In this document: in pieces, positions 41,465 through 53,007 of the stretch
Layout of the letters: every line of letters begins with the position of its first letter
Numbering within the stretch: position 1 is the first letter of the stretch
DNA from: Candidatus Wolfebacteria bacterium GW2011_GWB1_47_1
GTDB taxonomy: Bacteria; Patescibacteriota; Minisyncoccia; UBA6257; UBA9933
DNA length: 64,000 nt
Direction of reading: 5' to 3'
Assembly: GCA_001029635.1 (NCBI GenBank)
Contig: CP011209.1
Span: forward strand, 551,774-615,773
Notes under the pieces: generated by a model
Databases searched by the model: none
The model's input: the letters and a program-made list of their open reading frames with translations, nothing else
Told to the model about the DNA's origin: nothing
Program-made: the position numbers and the translations under genes

Positions 41465-42688
41465 ATGACATTTATCATCAAAAAAATATCCAGCGCATTT
41501 CTTGTTTTACTGGTAATCGTAGGAGTGGTCGCTCCGTCCGCGACCGCACTTGCCGCGACCTTCAACAATGACAGCCGCGATTATGCAACGTTGCAGGTTT
41601 CAAACTACACCCGCAATCCGGGCAGCAGCGCCAATTGGTCCAACTCCGTATCCGCAAACGAAGGCGAAGTAGTCAGCTTCCTCGTGTATTACCACAACAC
41701 CGCATCCGATACGGCAAACAATACCCGCATCCGCGTGAAACTTCCGTCGGGAATGTTTACGAATTCGTCCATCCAGGGAGATGTTTGGGCAAATAACGAA
41801 TCTGCTGTTGCCGGCACTGCATCGGTCAGTCTGTCGTCAAATCAGACACTAACTTTCATCCCGGGAAGTGTTGTATGGTATCCGAACCAGTCAACCGTTT
41901 CGCAGACATTACCAAACGGACAGAATGGCAGTGAAATTGTTTCTTCCAATGGCCTTATCATCGGTGATATCGCTAGTGGATGGGATGCACAGGGATATAT
42001 CGTATTTCGCGCGCAGGTGAGCTCGACTCCTACTGGATCGTTGGCAACCGTTACAACACAGAGTGCAAGTTCGCTTGCACAGCGATCCGCTACCATATCC
42101 GCACTTATTGATGCAAATGGGGCAAACACGTCGACTTGGTTCGAATATGGTACCGCACCATCATTCGGCTCTATAACTGCTGAGCAGACGATTGGATCAA
42201 GTGCTTCCGGTTCTAATATTACCGCATATCTTACTAATCTTTCCCCTAATACTACATATCATTATCGTGCCGTTGCTCGCAATGCCCATGGGATAGCCCA
42301 TGGAGTTACGTTACAATTTTCTACGCTAGTAGCCGGTGCACAGGCGACTGCCGTCACTAATGGAACAAATGATATTACCGGATCATCTGCTACGATAACG
42401 GGGGCTGTTAATCCGAACAATGCAAATACCGCCGTTTGGTTTGAATATGGGACTAGTGCATTGTTCGGTCGTGTTGACGGTAGTCGATCGATCGGCTCTG
42501 GAAGTGCCTCGGTCGAGCTCACTTTTTTGCTTACCGGACTAACTCCGCGAACCTTGTATTATTATAGAGTTGTTGCCCAGAATTCTTACGGAACGACGTA
42601 TGGTTCTACTATATATTTCACAACAAAGGCGGATGGACCTGTTCCTCCTGTTGTGAATGGACCGAGCATTATGCCAAGTTCATACTAA
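41465..42688 (+). CDS. Secreted protein paralog 2: shared N-domain + 2 FN3-like repeats, no anchor
   Basis: Signal peptide, near-identical N-domain and two WFEYG repeats; ends without a TM. Confidence 0.88.
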   Translation: MTFIIKKISSAFLVLLVIVGVVAPSATALAATFNNDSRDYATLQVSNYTRNPGSSANWSNSVSANEGEVVSFLVYYHNTASDTANNTRIRVKLPSGMFTNSSIQGDVWANNESAVAGTASVSLSSNQTLTFIPGSVVWYPNQSTVSQTLPNGQNGSEIVSSNGLIIGDIASGWDAQGYIVFRAQVSSTPTGSLATVTTQSASSLAQRSATISALIDANGANTSTWFEYGTAPSFGSITAEQTIGSSASGSNITAYLTNLSPNTTYHYRAVARNAHGIAHGVTLQFSTLVAGAQATAVTNGTNDITGSSATITGAVNPNNANTAVWFEYGTSALFGRVDGSRSIGSGSASVELTFLLTGLTPRTLYYYRVVAQNSYGTTYGSTIYFTTKADGPVPPVVNGPSIMPSSY

Positions 42689-42899
42689 TCAAACGCAAAA
42701 AAGAGCATATCAGTGCTCTTTTTTGCGCTTGCGTGAAGAGGGGATTTTAGAGATGCGTTTTAGGACACTAATTGACAAAACAGTACGATTTAGTATATAA
42801 TACTTATAAGTGATCAATATTCAGATTTTGATCAGGGACGGTAACGATGAATGGATTTAGTTATCCATTTTGAAATAGTAATATTAGTATCATATCCAT

Positions 42900-45332
42900 A
42901 TGACCACCATCATCAAAAAAATAACCATCGCATTCCTTGCCTTACTGGTAATCGTAGGAGTGGTCGCTCCATTTGCTAACGTTTTTGCCGCGACCTTCAA
43001 CAATGACAGCCGCGATTATGCAACGTTGCAGGTTTCAAACTACACCCGCAATCCGGGCAGCAGCGCCAATTGGTCCAACTCCGTATCCGCAAACGAAGGC
43101 GAAGTAGTCAGCTTCCTCGTGTATTACCACAACACCGCATCCGATACGGCAAGCAACACCCGTATCCGCGTGCAACTTCCGTCGGGAGCATTTACCAATG
43201 TGTCCATTCAGGGAGATGTTTGGGCACATAACGGATCTGCTGTTGCCGGCACTGCATCGGTCAGTCTGTCGTCAAATCAGACACTAACTTTCATCCCGGG
43301 AAGTGTTGCATGGTATCCGAACCAGTCAACCGTTTCTCAAACATTGCCGAACGGACAGAACGGCAGTGAAATTGTTTCTTCCAATGGCCTTATCATCGGT
43401 GATATCGCTAGTGGATGGGATGCACAGGGATACATCGTATTCCGTGCGCAGGTGAGCTCGAATACCGTTAATCCGCCGCAACAGAACGGATCAGCTCCGT
43501 TTGTTTCGACTAATACCGCATCAGCTATTCAGCAGGATCGCGCGACTGTTCAAGGAACCGTCAATCCAAATAATGCAAATACGAATGCTTGGTTCGAATA
43601 TGGAACGACGCAGTCTTTTGGAAACACGACCGGATATCAGGTTATCGGCCTAGGCAATTCCAGTACGAATGCCGTGGGGTACTTCTACAATCTGAATCAG
43701 AATACAACCTATTATTATCGTATTGTCGCCCAAAATGCTTATGGGACGACGTATGGAAACATATTAAGCTTCACAACGCAGGGTTCCACGACTGGCACCG
43801 GCAGCGCACCGTATGCCACAACGCATTCGGCGTATTCTGTCGCACAGAATTCCGCGACGTTACAGGGTGCTGCTAATCCGAATGGGCTTGCCACTACGGC
43901 TTGGTTCGAATATGGAACGACGCAGTCTTTTGGAAACACGACCGGATATCAGACTATTGGTTTAGCGAATTCAGCCTCCACTATTTCCGGATATCTTTCG
44001 AATCTGTCTTCCAATACAACGTATTACTATCGCATTGTCGCACAAAATGCCTATGGGACGACGTATGGGAATACATTGAATGTTATGACACAGCAGTCCT
44101 ACGGAGGAGGCAATAATGGCTCTGTTCCTACTGCCTATACTAATACGGTTTCGGCTTCAGGGGTAAACTCAGCAACATTTAGCGGTTCAGTCAATCCAAA
44201 TGGTAACTATACCAATGCATGGTTTGAATATGGTCTAAGCCAGTCATTGGGGTATACGATTGGGTATCAGGCGCTTGGGTCAAGTAGTTACGCTTCTGCT
44301 ATTACGGCGAATGTGTATAATCTTGCACCGAACACAGCCTACTATTATCGAGCCGTTGCGCAAAATTCTTACGGGACAAACTATGGGACCATTCTAACCT
44401 TTACTACAAGCGGTTCTTCGATCAATAATGCAAGCAAGGCTCCTTATGTTACGAGCCGGGCCGTGCAATCTGTTTTTCGTAATTCCGCATTGATCAACGG
44501 TAATGTTAATCCTAATGGATCACTTACTACCGCATGGTTTGAGTGGGGTGTTACTGCTTCGTTGGGTAGCCGGACCATGATCCAGCCTGTCGGTATGGCA
44601 AACTATTCAGATAGTTATTCCGCTGTGTTGAGTGGATTGTTGCCTGGGACCGATTACTATTATCGGGCTGTTGCACAGAATGCCTATGGGACGACGTACG
44701 GAACTATTCTTACATTTACAACCTCGGCGCAAACTATCGTTCCGGTCGTCGTGAATAATAAGACTACCGAGCCGCGCGTGGTCGTCCAACAGATTACGGG
44801 ATCATCTGCGGTTGAACAGACCGTCATTTTAACTCCCTCGATTGACAAGAGCGATCCGCGAGCAGGGGATGCTGTTAAGTATTCTATTCAATATCGCAAT
44901 GAAGGAGCAAGTGCGATCACTGGAGCAACCGTGAAGATTCTTCTTCCTAGTGAGGTGGAATATGACAGCGCTACGATGAAGCCGAGTTTTGTTGAAGATA
45001 ATGAACTCACCTTCGACTTGGGTACAATCAAGGGTCATAGCCAGGGGGTCATCACGATTAAAGCAACTATCGATACTGCTGTCGATGCGGATAGCGCATT
45101 GATGTTCAGTGCGACATTAAACTATACCGATGCAAAGAAGCAGTTCCAATCTACGAGTGCCTATTTGACCGTCATGGTCGAAGTAGGTTCTGCGGGATTA
45201 GCTTCGCTCTTTGGCGTATTCGGTACGTTATTAAATAATTGGTTTGTTGATCTCGTACTCGGTCTCTTGATCGGATTCGGTATTTACCACTTCTTTGTCC
45301 GACAAAAGGAGGAAGAAGCTCTGATCAAATAA
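42900..45332 (+). CDS. Secreted surface protein paralog 3: shared N-domain + 4 FN3-like repeats + DUF11-like domain + C-terminal TM
   Basis: Signal peptide, four WFE(Y/W)G repeats, GDAVKYSIQYRNEG and a TM tail WFVDLVLGLLIGFGIYHFF. Confidence 0.9.
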   Translation: MTTIIKKITIAFLALLVIVGVVAPFANVFAATFNNDSRDYATLQVSNYTRNPGSSANWSNSVSANEGEVVSFLVYYHNTASDTASNTRIRVQLPSGAFTNVSIQGDVWAHNGSAVAGTASVSLSSNQTLTFIPGSVAWYPNQSTVSQTLPNGQNGSEIVSSNGLIIGDIASGWDAQGYIVFRAQVSSNTVNPPQQNGSAPFVSTNTASAIQQDRATVQGTVNPNNANTNAWFEYGTTQSFGNTTGYQVIGLGNSSTNAVGYFYNLNQNTTYYYRIVAQNAYGTTYGNILSFTTQGSTTGTGSAPYATTHSAYSVAQNSATLQGAANPNGLATTAWFEYGTTQSFGNTTGYQTIGLANSASTISGYLSNLSSNTTYYYRIVAQNAYGTTYGNTLNVMTQQSYGGGNNGSVPTAYTNTVSASGVNSATFSGSVNPNGNYTNAWFEYGLSQSLGYTIGYQALGSSSYASAITANVYNLAPNTAYYYRAVAQNSYGTNYGTILTFTTSGSSINNASKAPYVTSRAVQSVFRNSALINGNVNPNGSLTTAWFEWGVTASLGSRTMIQPVGMANYSDSYSAVLSGLLPGTDYYYRAVAQNAYGTTYGTILTFTTSAQTIVPVVVNNKTTEPRVVVQQITGSSAVEQTVILTPSIDKSDPRAGDAVKYSIQYRNEGASAITGATVKILLPSEVEYDSATMKPSFVEDNELTFDLGTIKGHSQGVITIKATIDTAVDADSALMFSATLNYTDAKKQFQSTSAYLTVMVEVGSAGLASLFGVFGTLLNNWFVDLVLGLLIGFGIYHFFVRQKEEEALIK

Positions 45333-45456
45333 ACGATTTGCACAACCATTACAATCCCCGCTAAAGCGGGGATTTTCGGACGCAATTTCTTGACTTATGC
45401 CTCATCTTATTGTTAAATATCTTTAGTACAAATTCATTCCAAAAGGGGGTGGGAGT

Positions 45457-46053
45457 ATGGTGATTCGAATTGCAATTGTTGTTTTGGCGCTGTTCTGGAT
45501 GATGCTCATCGCGACTTCATCGCAGGCGGGATCGGTCGCTAGCAAGCAGCCGACGTACGAGATTGTGGTTTCATTCTCCGATTTCACGTTGCATGTTTTT
45601 GATCGCAATGGCGACGAGGTTTTCATGGCTCCGGTCGCACTACCGCAGCGCACACCGGCACTGCCTGTTGAAGGCAATGTGATTGCCATCGACCGCAATC
45701 CATGGTGGTTTCCACCTCCGGGAGTAAAGGCTCATGTGCTCAAGACTCAGAAGAAGGTTTTGCCTGCACGAGTGCCTCCTGGACCCCACAATCCTATGGG
45801 GCTTGCCAAGTTTTCCTTCCGGTTTTTTACGCCAGGAGCCGAGCAGCTCAGTAAGGTGCATGGCACCAACAAGCCCGATTCCATTGGGACACGAGCGAGC
45901 ATGGGATGTATCCGCATGCACAATACGGACGTTGTTGCGCTGTGCGACCTCATTGAACCGAAGTTCAAGGCTGGTGAGAGGATTGCCATTAGCTACGTCA
46001 GGGATCTTGAGGATGTAGTCGGCGATCATAGCACGGTTGTCGACAGTCGATGA
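45457..46053 (+). CDS. L,D-transpeptidase (ErfK/YbiS/YkuD) with signal peptide
   Basis: NPWW.PP, PPGPHNPMG and HGTN....IG.RASMGCIRM. Confidence 0.93.
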   Translation: MVIRIAIVVLALFWMMLIATSSQAGSVASKQPTYEIVVSFSDFTLHVFDRNGDEVFMAPVALPQRTPALPVEGNVIAIDRNPWWFPPPGVKAHVLKTQKKVLPARVPPGPHNPMGLAKFSFRFFTPGAEQLSKVHGTNKPDSIGTRASMGCIRMHNTDVVALCDLIEPKFKAGERIAISYVRDLEDVVGDHSTVVDSR

Positions 46054-46143
46054 TCCGGCGCATGCACGATGATGATAGGCGGGAGAGTATCCCGCCTATT
46101 TTTTTTTGAAAGCATTCATTATTTGTAGTATAGTGACTTTATT

Positions 46144-46845
46144 ATGCGATTACATCGATTTATCGGCGATTTTGATTGCGCCCAATCATCCCTATTACTC
46201 GTTGATCCTGATGTCGTCAATCAGATCTTGCGTGTACTGCGTCTTGGCGTTGGTGATCGGCTCATATTGGGCGACGGGAATGGCAATGAATGCATCGTTG
46301 AGATAACCGATCGACAAAAGAACGCACTTGCTGTGGCGGTCATTGAGCGGCTCGTTAACACGAATGACCCTGTTGTTACAGGTGTCTTGTATTGCGCCAT
46401 TTTTAAGCGCGAGAATTTTGAACTGGTCGTGCAAAAAGCGACCGAGATCGGGATAGCAGAGATCGTTCCGGTACTCACTCAACGTACAATCAAGCTAGAC
46501 ATCAAAGAAGAACGTCTTCGTAAGATTATTGCGGAAGCTGTCGAGCAGTCTGGTCGCGCTCGCGTCCCAGTACTGCATACCCCTATGACCCTGGAGTTCG
46601 CGTTGGCCGATGCAAAGCGGAATGACATTAATCTCTTTTTTGATCTAAGCGATACTCCTGTTACAGATGTTTCATTGCATGGGTATATGCGTCGTGGCAT
46701 GTTCGTCGGACCTGAGGGTGGGTGGACGGAGGATGAGACGGAAAAGGCGCGTGTGGCGGGTTGTTCTATTGTTTCTTTTGGCGCGTTGACGTTCCGTGGA
46801 GAAACTGCAGCCATCATTGCTTCATATGTAGGCACCCGTGATTGA
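46144..46845 (+). CDS. rsmE: 16S rRNA m3U1498 methyltransferase
   Basis: VLRL..GD, QKATEIG, EAVEQSGR, VGPEGG and FRGETAA. Confidence 0.95.
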   Translation: MRLHRFIGDFDCAQSSLLLVDPDVVNQILRVLRLGVGDRLILGDGNGNECIVEITDRQKNALAVAVIERLVNTNDPVVTGVLYCAIFKRENFELVVQKATEIGIAEIVPVLTQRTIKLDIKEERLRKIIAEAVEQSGRARVPVLHTPMTLEFALADAKRNDINLFFDLSDTPVTDVSLHGYMRRGMFVGPEGGWTEDETEKARVAGCSIVSFGALTFRGETAAIIASYVGTRD

Positions 46846-46909
46846 CCCTGTTTTGCGTATCCCGTATACTACCGATAGTATCTTTATGATAAGCGTCTAT
46901 GGAGGTGTT

Positions 46910-47110
46910 ATGCTACTATTGCGATTTGATCTAACAGACGAGGAGATTGCTGAGCAACGCGATGTATGGGGATATTCATATCATTTGAATCCTGCGGCCC
47001 AATCCCATCGCCGCGAAGGACTCGCATTCATTCGGCGCTGCTACTATGCGCTCATTGCTACTTTTTTGCTTTCGATCGGCATGATCGTGTGGCTTACACT
47101 GGCTTTTTGA
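46910..47110 (+). CDS. Small hypothetical membrane protein (orphan cassette)
   Basis: GGAGGTG SD before ATG 46910, TTGACC-17-TATACT promoter, C-terminal TM and a hairpin+T-run right after the stop. Confidence 0.65.
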   Translation: MLLLRFDLTDEEIAEQRDVWGYSYHLNPAAQSHRREGLAFIRRCYYALIATFLLSIGMIVWLTLAF

Positions 47111-47193
47111 ATGGCTCACCTGTAAAGGGGCCATTTTTTTGTATACTCCACTACCTTGCGTTTCATGGTAGAATGTTCTATATATAGTGCGCT

Positions 47194-49038
47194 ATGGGAA
47201 TCTTTAAACTCACATCTGAATATAAGCCGTCAGGGGACCAACCGGAAGCGATCAAGCAATTGATCGCCGGTTTGGATCGGGGTGATCGGTATCAGACCCT
47301 TTTGGGGGTTACCGGTTCAGGGAAGACCTTCACGGTCGCTAATCTGATTCAACATTACAACAAGCCGGTTCTTGTGATTGCGCCAAATAAGGCCCTCGCT
47401 GCCCAGCTCTATCGTGAGTACAAGAATTTTTTCCCCAATCATTCGGTTAATTATTTTGTTTCGTACTATGATTACTATCAGCCCGAGGCATATATGCCAG
47501 GTACCGATACCTATATCGAGAAGGAGGCAATGATCAATCAGGAAATCGATCGATTGCGTCATCAGGCTACTTCGGCACTGTTGACCCGCAAAGATGTTAT
47601 CGTGGTAGCATCTATCTCATGTATTTACGGACTCGGCGTTCCCTTGAATTATTTTGCGTCTGCCATTCATTTATCTGTTGGGCAGTCTATTACTCGCAGC
47701 GATCTGATCGGGCAGTTGATCAAGATTCAATTTACCCGTACGCCAGGAGTGCTGAAACGCGGAGAATTCCGTGTGCGTGGAGATGTATTTGAGATCTTGC
47801 CCGCATCTGAGACGATGTCCTATTCTATCGAATTGGGGGCGGACCAGACCATTAAGGATATTGCAATCATCGACCCAATGACGCGGACCATGATCGATCA
47901 TCCACAGGATATCGCGCTTTTTCCTCCGAAACACTTTATTTCCAGTGCGCCTGAGATTGCCCGCGCTGTACAGGATATTCGCGTCGAGTTAGAGGATCGA
48001 TTGGAATATTTCAACAAGAATAAGCTGTATCTCGAGGCTGAGCGGCTTGAGCGCCGCGTGCGTTACGATATGGAAATGCTTAAGAGTCTTGGTTTTTGTC
48101 ATGGTGTTGAGAACTATTCGCGCCACCTGAGTGGCAAGCTTGCGGGAGAAGCACCCGATACCTTGCTTGATTATTTTCCGAAGAAGGATGGCAAGCCTGA
48201 TTATTTACTTGTCATGGATGAATCGCATATTGGCGTACCGCAAGCGCGGGGCATGTATGCGGGAGATCGAAGTCGTAAAGACACATTGGTAAAGTATGGA
48301 TGGCGTTTGCCGTCCGCCATGGATAATCGACCACTCAAATTTGATGAATTTGAAAAACGTATCGGGCAGACGGTTTTTGTATCTGCCACGCCGGGTGATT
48401 GGGAATTAGAGCATTCAAAAATCGTCGCCGAGCAGGTCATCCGCCCGACCGGATTGATCGATCCACCGATTGAAGTACGGCCTGTGTTCGACAAGGAAAA
48501 GAATCGTAGTCAGATCACCGATGTCATCGAGGAGCTGTATGGCGTTGTAAATAGAGGCGAACGCGGCCTTGTGATTACGCTCACTAAAAAGCAAGCGGAA
48601 GATCTTAATGATCATTTAACAAATGAAGGGTTTAAATCACGCTATATCCACTCCGAGGTTAAGACATTGGAGCGAACCGAGATATTGATGGATTTTCGAA
48701 GAGGAGAATTTGATGTATTGATCGGCGTGAATCTGTTGCGTGAAGGATTAGATCTTCCCGAGGTTACCTTAGTCGCCATCCTTGATGCAGATCGTGAAGG
48801 ATTTCTGCGTAGTGAAACATCACTTATCCAGACAATGGGACGCGCCGCGCGCAATGTGAGCGGTACGGTTATTCTGTATGCAGACAAGGTTACCGGCTCG
48901 ATGCAACGAGCTATGGACATTGTCAATAAACGAAGGAAATTGCAGGAGGCATACAACAAGAAGCATGGCATTACGCCAAAAACGATCATCAAGACGATTG
49001 AGCGTATGCTGGATTTTAGCGGCTCTGTGGATGGTTGA
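47194..49038 (+). CDS. uvrB: Excinuclease ABC subunit B
   Basis: GVTGSGKT, YYDYYQPEAY, DESH, LLREGLD and QTMGRAARN. Confidence 0.98.
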   Translation: MGIFKLTSEYKPSGDQPEAIKQLIAGLDRGDRYQTLLGVTGSGKTFTVANLIQHYNKPVLVIAPNKALAAQLYREYKNFFPNHSVNYFVSYYDYYQPEAYMPGTDTYIEKEAMINQEIDRLRHQATSALLTRKDVIVVASISCIYGLGVPLNYFASAIHLSVGQSITRSDLIGQLIKIQFTRTPGVLKRGEFRVRGDVFEILPASETMSYSIELGADQTIKDIAIIDPMTRTMIDHPQDIALFPPKHFISSAPEIARAVQDIRVELEDRLEYFNKNKLYLEAERLERRVRYDMEMLKSLGFCHGVENYSRHLSGKLAGEAPDTLLDYFPKKDGKPDYLLVMDESHIGVPQARGMYAGDRSRKDTLVKYGWRLPSAMDNRPLKFDEFEKRIGQTVFVSATPGDWELEHSKIVAEQVIRPTGLIDPPIEVRPVFDKEKNRSQITDVIEELYGVVNRGERGLVITLTKKQAEDLNDHLTNEGFKSRYIHSEVKTLERTEILMDFRRGEFDVLIGVNLLREGLDLPEVTLVAILDADREGFLRSETSLIQTMGRAARNVSGTVILYADKVTGSMQRAMDIVNKRRKLQEAYNKKHGITPKTIIKTIERMLDFSGSVDG

Positions 49039-49079
49039 CAAACCGTATCTCTAGTGTCATAACTAATCACTTACCTACC

Positions 49080-51584
49080 ATGGAAGATAAAATCAGTATA
49101 AAAGGAGCTCGGGTGCATAACCTGAAAAATATCGATCTGGAAATACCCAAGAATAAACTTGTGGTATTTACCGGTGTTTCGGGAAGCGGCAAATCGTCGC
49201 TTGCTTTTGACACCATCTTTGCCGAAGGGCAACGCCGATATATTGAGTCATTGTCTCCGTATGCGCGACAATTTTTAGGACAGATGGAGCGCGCCGATGT
49301 TGACGAGATCGTCGGTCTTTCTCCGGCCATTGCCATCGATCAGCGAGCACTTTCGCATAATCCGCGATCTACCGTAGGAACGTTGACCGAGATCTATGAC
49401 TATTTGCGCATTTTATTTGCGCGTTTAGGGGATGTGCATTGTCCGCATGACGATACCAAAATTGAAAAATTGTCCGTCGATGAAATGATCGATATCATTG
49501 TTGGTCGCGCCAAGAAGGCGAAGCAGAGCGTGGTCACAGTTATGTCTCCTGTGGTGCGTGGACGCAAAGGGGAGTACTATCAGCAGCTGTATGATTATCT
49601 CGGGCTTGGTTATGCACAGGTGCGCGTTGACGGCGTCATGCACTCGTTGCATGATAAGATTGAACTTTCCCGCTATAAGGAACATTCTATCGATCTGGTC
49701 ATCGACAAGATTCTTATAACCGATATATCCCGTTTGCATGAAGCGGTCGAGGGCGCGCTCGATCAGAGTAAGGGATTAGTGACGGTGTTGATGGGCGAGC
49801 AGTCCGATACTCCCGATGAGTTTATGCTTTCTTCAAAATGGACCTGCCCAGTCGATAATTTTGTCTTTCCGGATATTGAGCCTCGATTATTTTCGTTCAA
49901 TAGCCCGCATGGTATGTGCGAAACCTGCTCGGGTCTAGGGAAGACTGATCTTTTTTTGAAGACCGTTTGCCCTGACTGTAAAGGTAAACGGTTGCGGCCG
50001 GAGGCACTATCTATTCGCATCAATGGAAAGAACATCTACGAAGTTGCTTCGATGACTAACGCGGATTCACATGCGTTTTTTGCGGAGTATGAAAAAAAGA
50101 TGACCGAGCGCGAGATCACCATCGCGGCAAACGTGGTTAAGGAGGTAAAGGATCGGCTGCAATTCTTGCTCGAAGTGGGACTTGATTATTTGACTATGAC
50201 TCGTGAAGCGGAAACACTTTCCGGTGGTGAGGCTCAGCGTATCAGGCTTTCTTCCCAGATCGGTTCCCAACTTTCCAATACATTGTATGTCCTTGATGAG
50301 CCTACAATCGGTTTACATGAACGTGATACCGATCGATTAGTGGGTATTTTAAAAAAGCTCAAGGCGCAAAACAATACCGTGATCATCGTGGAGCACGATG
50401 AACTAACTATTCTGGAGTCGGACTATCTTGTCGACTTCGGGCCGTTTGCTGGAAAGCACGGCGGGGAGATCGTTGCACAAGGAGAGACGGCAACACTACT
50501 TAAAAATCCGGGGGACATGAATTCGATGACCGTACAGTATCTGCGTGAGGAGCGGAAGATTGCAGTACCACAGCGCCGGGACAAGACGACCGAGAAGCTT
50601 TCTATTATTGGCGCAACTGCGCATAACCTCAAGAACGTGAACGTGGATATTCCGCTTCGTAAATTTGTTTGCGTGACCGGTGTTTCGGGAAGCGGGAAGT
50701 CAACGCTTATTCAGGATGCGTTGTATGAAAATCTTAATCTGTTGAAGGCGCGTATGGATGAGCCGCTTACCGGCGTTGCCGACATCACCGGCTCTGATTA
50801 TATTGATCGGGTTGTTGCCGTTGACCAAGCGCCAATCGGACGCACGCCCCGTTCGAATCCTGCGACGTATACCGGCATCCTGACTCCAATTCGTGAATTC
50901 TATGCGCAGCTGCCCGAAGCGCGCGAACGGGCATATACGGCTTCACGTTTTTCATTCAATGTTGCCGGAGGGCGATGTGAATCATGCCAGGGTGCCGGGC
51001 ATAATCTTATCGAGATGCACTTTTTGCCGCCTGTCTTGGTTGAGTGCGAGGTTTGTCATGGCAAGCGATACAATCGGGAAACGTTGCAGGTGAAGCACAA
51101 TAAAAAGAACATCAGCGATGTGCTTGCCATGACGATCGACGAAGGTGTGGAATTTTTTGACGGCATTTGGCAGATTACCGATAAGTTGAAGATTCTTCAG
51201 TCTGTTGGACTTGGGTATCTGCAACTTGGTCAGAGCGCGACAACTCTTTCGGGAGGGGAAGCGCAGCGCATTAAGCTGGCTCGTGAGTTGACCCATCCGC
51301 TCGGCAAGCGCGTACTGTATCTTTTGGATGAACCAACCGTCGGATTGCATTATTACGATGTTGAATTATTATTGACCGTCTTGAATAAGTTGGTTGATAA
51401 GGGGCATTCTGTCGTAGTCATCGAGCATAATATGCACCTCATCAAGTCGGCAGATTATGTCATAGATCTCGGCCCCGAGGGTGGTGCGCGTGGTGGAGCT
51501 ATCGTTGCAAAGGGAACCCCGGAGGAGGTTGCGGACAATACACATAGTATTACGGGGAGTTATCTCAAACATTTTCTGAAATAA
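49080..51584 (+). CDS. uvrA: Excinuclease ABC subunit A
   Basis: Two ABC modules (GVSGSGKS and LSGGEAQR, each twice) and zinc fingers. Confidence 0.98.
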   Translation: MEDKISIKGARVHNLKNIDLEIPKNKLVVFTGVSGSGKSSLAFDTIFAEGQRRYIESLSPYARQFLGQMERADVDEIVGLSPAIAIDQRALSHNPRSTVGTLTEIYDYLRILFARLGDVHCPHDDTKIEKLSVDEMIDIIVGRAKKAKQSVVTVMSPVVRGRKGEYYQQLYDYLGLGYAQVRVDGVMHSLHDKIELSRYKEHSIDLVIDKILITDISRLHEAVEGALDQSKGLVTVLMGEQSDTPDEFMLSSKWTCPVDNFVFPDIEPRLFSFNSPHGMCETCSGLGKTDLFLKTVCPDCKGKRLRPEALSIRINGKNIYEVASMTNADSHAFFAEYEKKMTEREITIAANVVKEVKDRLQFLLEVGLDYLTMTREAETLSGGEAQRIRLSSQIGSQLSNTLYVLDEPTIGLHERDTDRLVGILKKLKAQNNTVIIVEHDELTILESDYLVDFGPFAGKHGGEIVAQGETATLLKNPGDMNSMTVQYLREERKIAVPQRRDKTTEKLSIIGATAHNLKNVNVDIPLRKFVCVTGVSGSGKSTLIQDALYENLNLLKARMDEPLTGVADITGSDYIDRVVAVDQAPIGRTPRSNPATYTGILTPIREFYAQLPEARERAYTASRFSFNVAGGRCESCQGAGHNLIEMHFLPPVLVECEVCHGKRYNRETLQVKHNKKNISDVLAMTIDEGVEFFDGIWQITDKLKILQSVGLGYLQLGQSATTLSGGEAQRIKLARELTHPLGKRVLYLLDEPTVGLHYYDVELLLTVLNKLVDKGHSVVVIEHNMHLIKSADYVIDLGPEGGARGGAIVAKGTPEEVADNTHSITGSYLKHFLK

Positions 51585-51609
51585 GGCCGTGATATGCTAT
51601 CATAACCCT

Positions 51610-52815
51610 ATGATCGCATCACTCAAGAAACGGTATCTCGAAAGCAATGTGACGCAAGGATTTGTCGCGCTTTATACCGGCAAGACCATTTCGAACATCG
51701 CCATTAGTTTATTCGGCATGTTTCTGCCGATATTCCTCTATAAGCTCTATGGAGGGGATTTTAATTTTGTCGCACTTTATTTTTTAGTAGGATATTTATT
51801 GTACGGATTTTCCATTCCGTTCGGCGCATTCTTTTTGAACCATCACGGATTTAATCGGTCATTGCGTTTGAGTACGTTCTTCGGTGCCAGCACCTTTGTG
51901 CTGCTCTATTTTGTCACTCCCGCAAATGCCTGGTATTTGATACCCGTCCAAATCCTGGCGACGACAATCTATCGTTTGTTGTTCTGGCTTCCGTATCATG
52001 TTGATTTTGCGGAATTTTCAGATGCGAACAAACGTGGCTCCGAGATTGGCGTATTCGAGGCAACGCTCAATATTATTGGCGTTGTGACTCCGTTACTTGC
52101 GGGATTTATTATTACGCAATATGGCTTTGGCGTCCTGTTTATTATTGCGACAATGATCTTCTTGTTGTCGCTGATCCCATATCATTTTATCCCTGAGATA
52201 AGGGAGAAATTCACTTGGACGTACCGGCAAACCGTGCGCCAGCTTTTCGCCAAAAAGCATCGGGGAATTACGCTGGCATTTATGGCTGACGGAGCTGAAG
52301 AAGTTGTTGGGTTTATTGTGTGGCCGATTGTTATCTACGAGCTGCTTAAGGGGAATATTTTGCAGATCGGTATTATCTCGACCATCGTGGTTGGCAGCAC
52401 AATCGTACTGCAATTGTTTGTTGGGCGACATTCAAACGAACGAGCGACGCAGGAGCGCATCTTGCGGTATGGTAGTTTCTTTGCATCGCTTGCCTGGTTG
52501 TTGAAAATCTTTGTCATTACGGCACTTCAGATATTCGTCGTCGATGCCTATCATAAGTTGACTAAGATCATGATGCGCATACCATTTGCGGCGATGACAT
52601 ATGAGCTGGTTGCTGATCGTGGACATTATATTGATGAACATACGGTATTATATGAAATGGCCATCAATATGGGGCGTGTTGCCATGATTAGCATTATTCT
52701 CGTAATGACGTTATTCATGCCTCTGCAATGGACGTTCATTTTTGGAGCGATCGCTTCCATTCTGCTCAATTTTCTTCGGGTGCGTCATTCCAAATTTACC
52801 CCGCATCGACGCTAA
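51610..52815 (+). CDS. MFS transporter
   Basis: About 12 hydrophobic segments in two halves. Confidence 0.82.
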   Translation: MIASLKKRYLESNVTQGFVALYTGKTISNIAISLFGMFLPIFLYKLYGGDFNFVALYFLVGYLLYGFSIPFGAFFLNHHGFNRSLRLSTFFGASTFVLLYFVTPANAWYLIPVQILATTIYRLLFWLPYHVDFAEFSDANKRGSEIGVFEATLNIIGVVTPLLAGFIITQYGFGVLFIIATMIFLLSLIPYHFIPEIREKFTWTYRQTVRQLFAKKHRGITLAFMADGAEEVVGFIVWPIVIYELLKGNILQIGIISTIVVGSTIVLQLFVGRHSNERATQERILRYGSFFASLAWLLKIFVITALQIFVVDAYHKLTKIMMRIPFAAMTYELVADRGHYIDEHTVLYEMAINMGRVAMISIILVMTLFMPLQWTFIFGAIASILLNFLRVRHSKFTPHRR

Positions 52816-52962
52816 ACGTAATATACTATCCACATTCACGCATGTACGTCTTGCGATGACGTACATGTAAAAAAAGCCGGGCATAATGCCCGGCTTTACG
52901 ATCATTTAAGGATGTCTTGCGTCGGCGCATAGCGACATCGCTGTCCAAAACGCGACATTTAT

Positions 52963-52987
52963 TTTTCCGTCATCGAATGACGGAAAA
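52963..52987. repeat. REP-like palindrome 1 (TTTTCCGTCATCGAATGACGGAAAA)
   Basis: Hairpin upstream of the transposase; reverse complement of the copies at 53165 and 53693. Confidence 0.85.
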
Positions 52988-53007
52988 TCCATGCTATACT
53001 GTAATAT

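Noticed and set aside
39864-45332. Diversity-generating retroelement TR/VR pair in the near-identical paralog segments
   Set aside because: Mismatches are not adenine-specific, the repeats are N-terminal and all coding, and there is no reverse transcriptase in the window.
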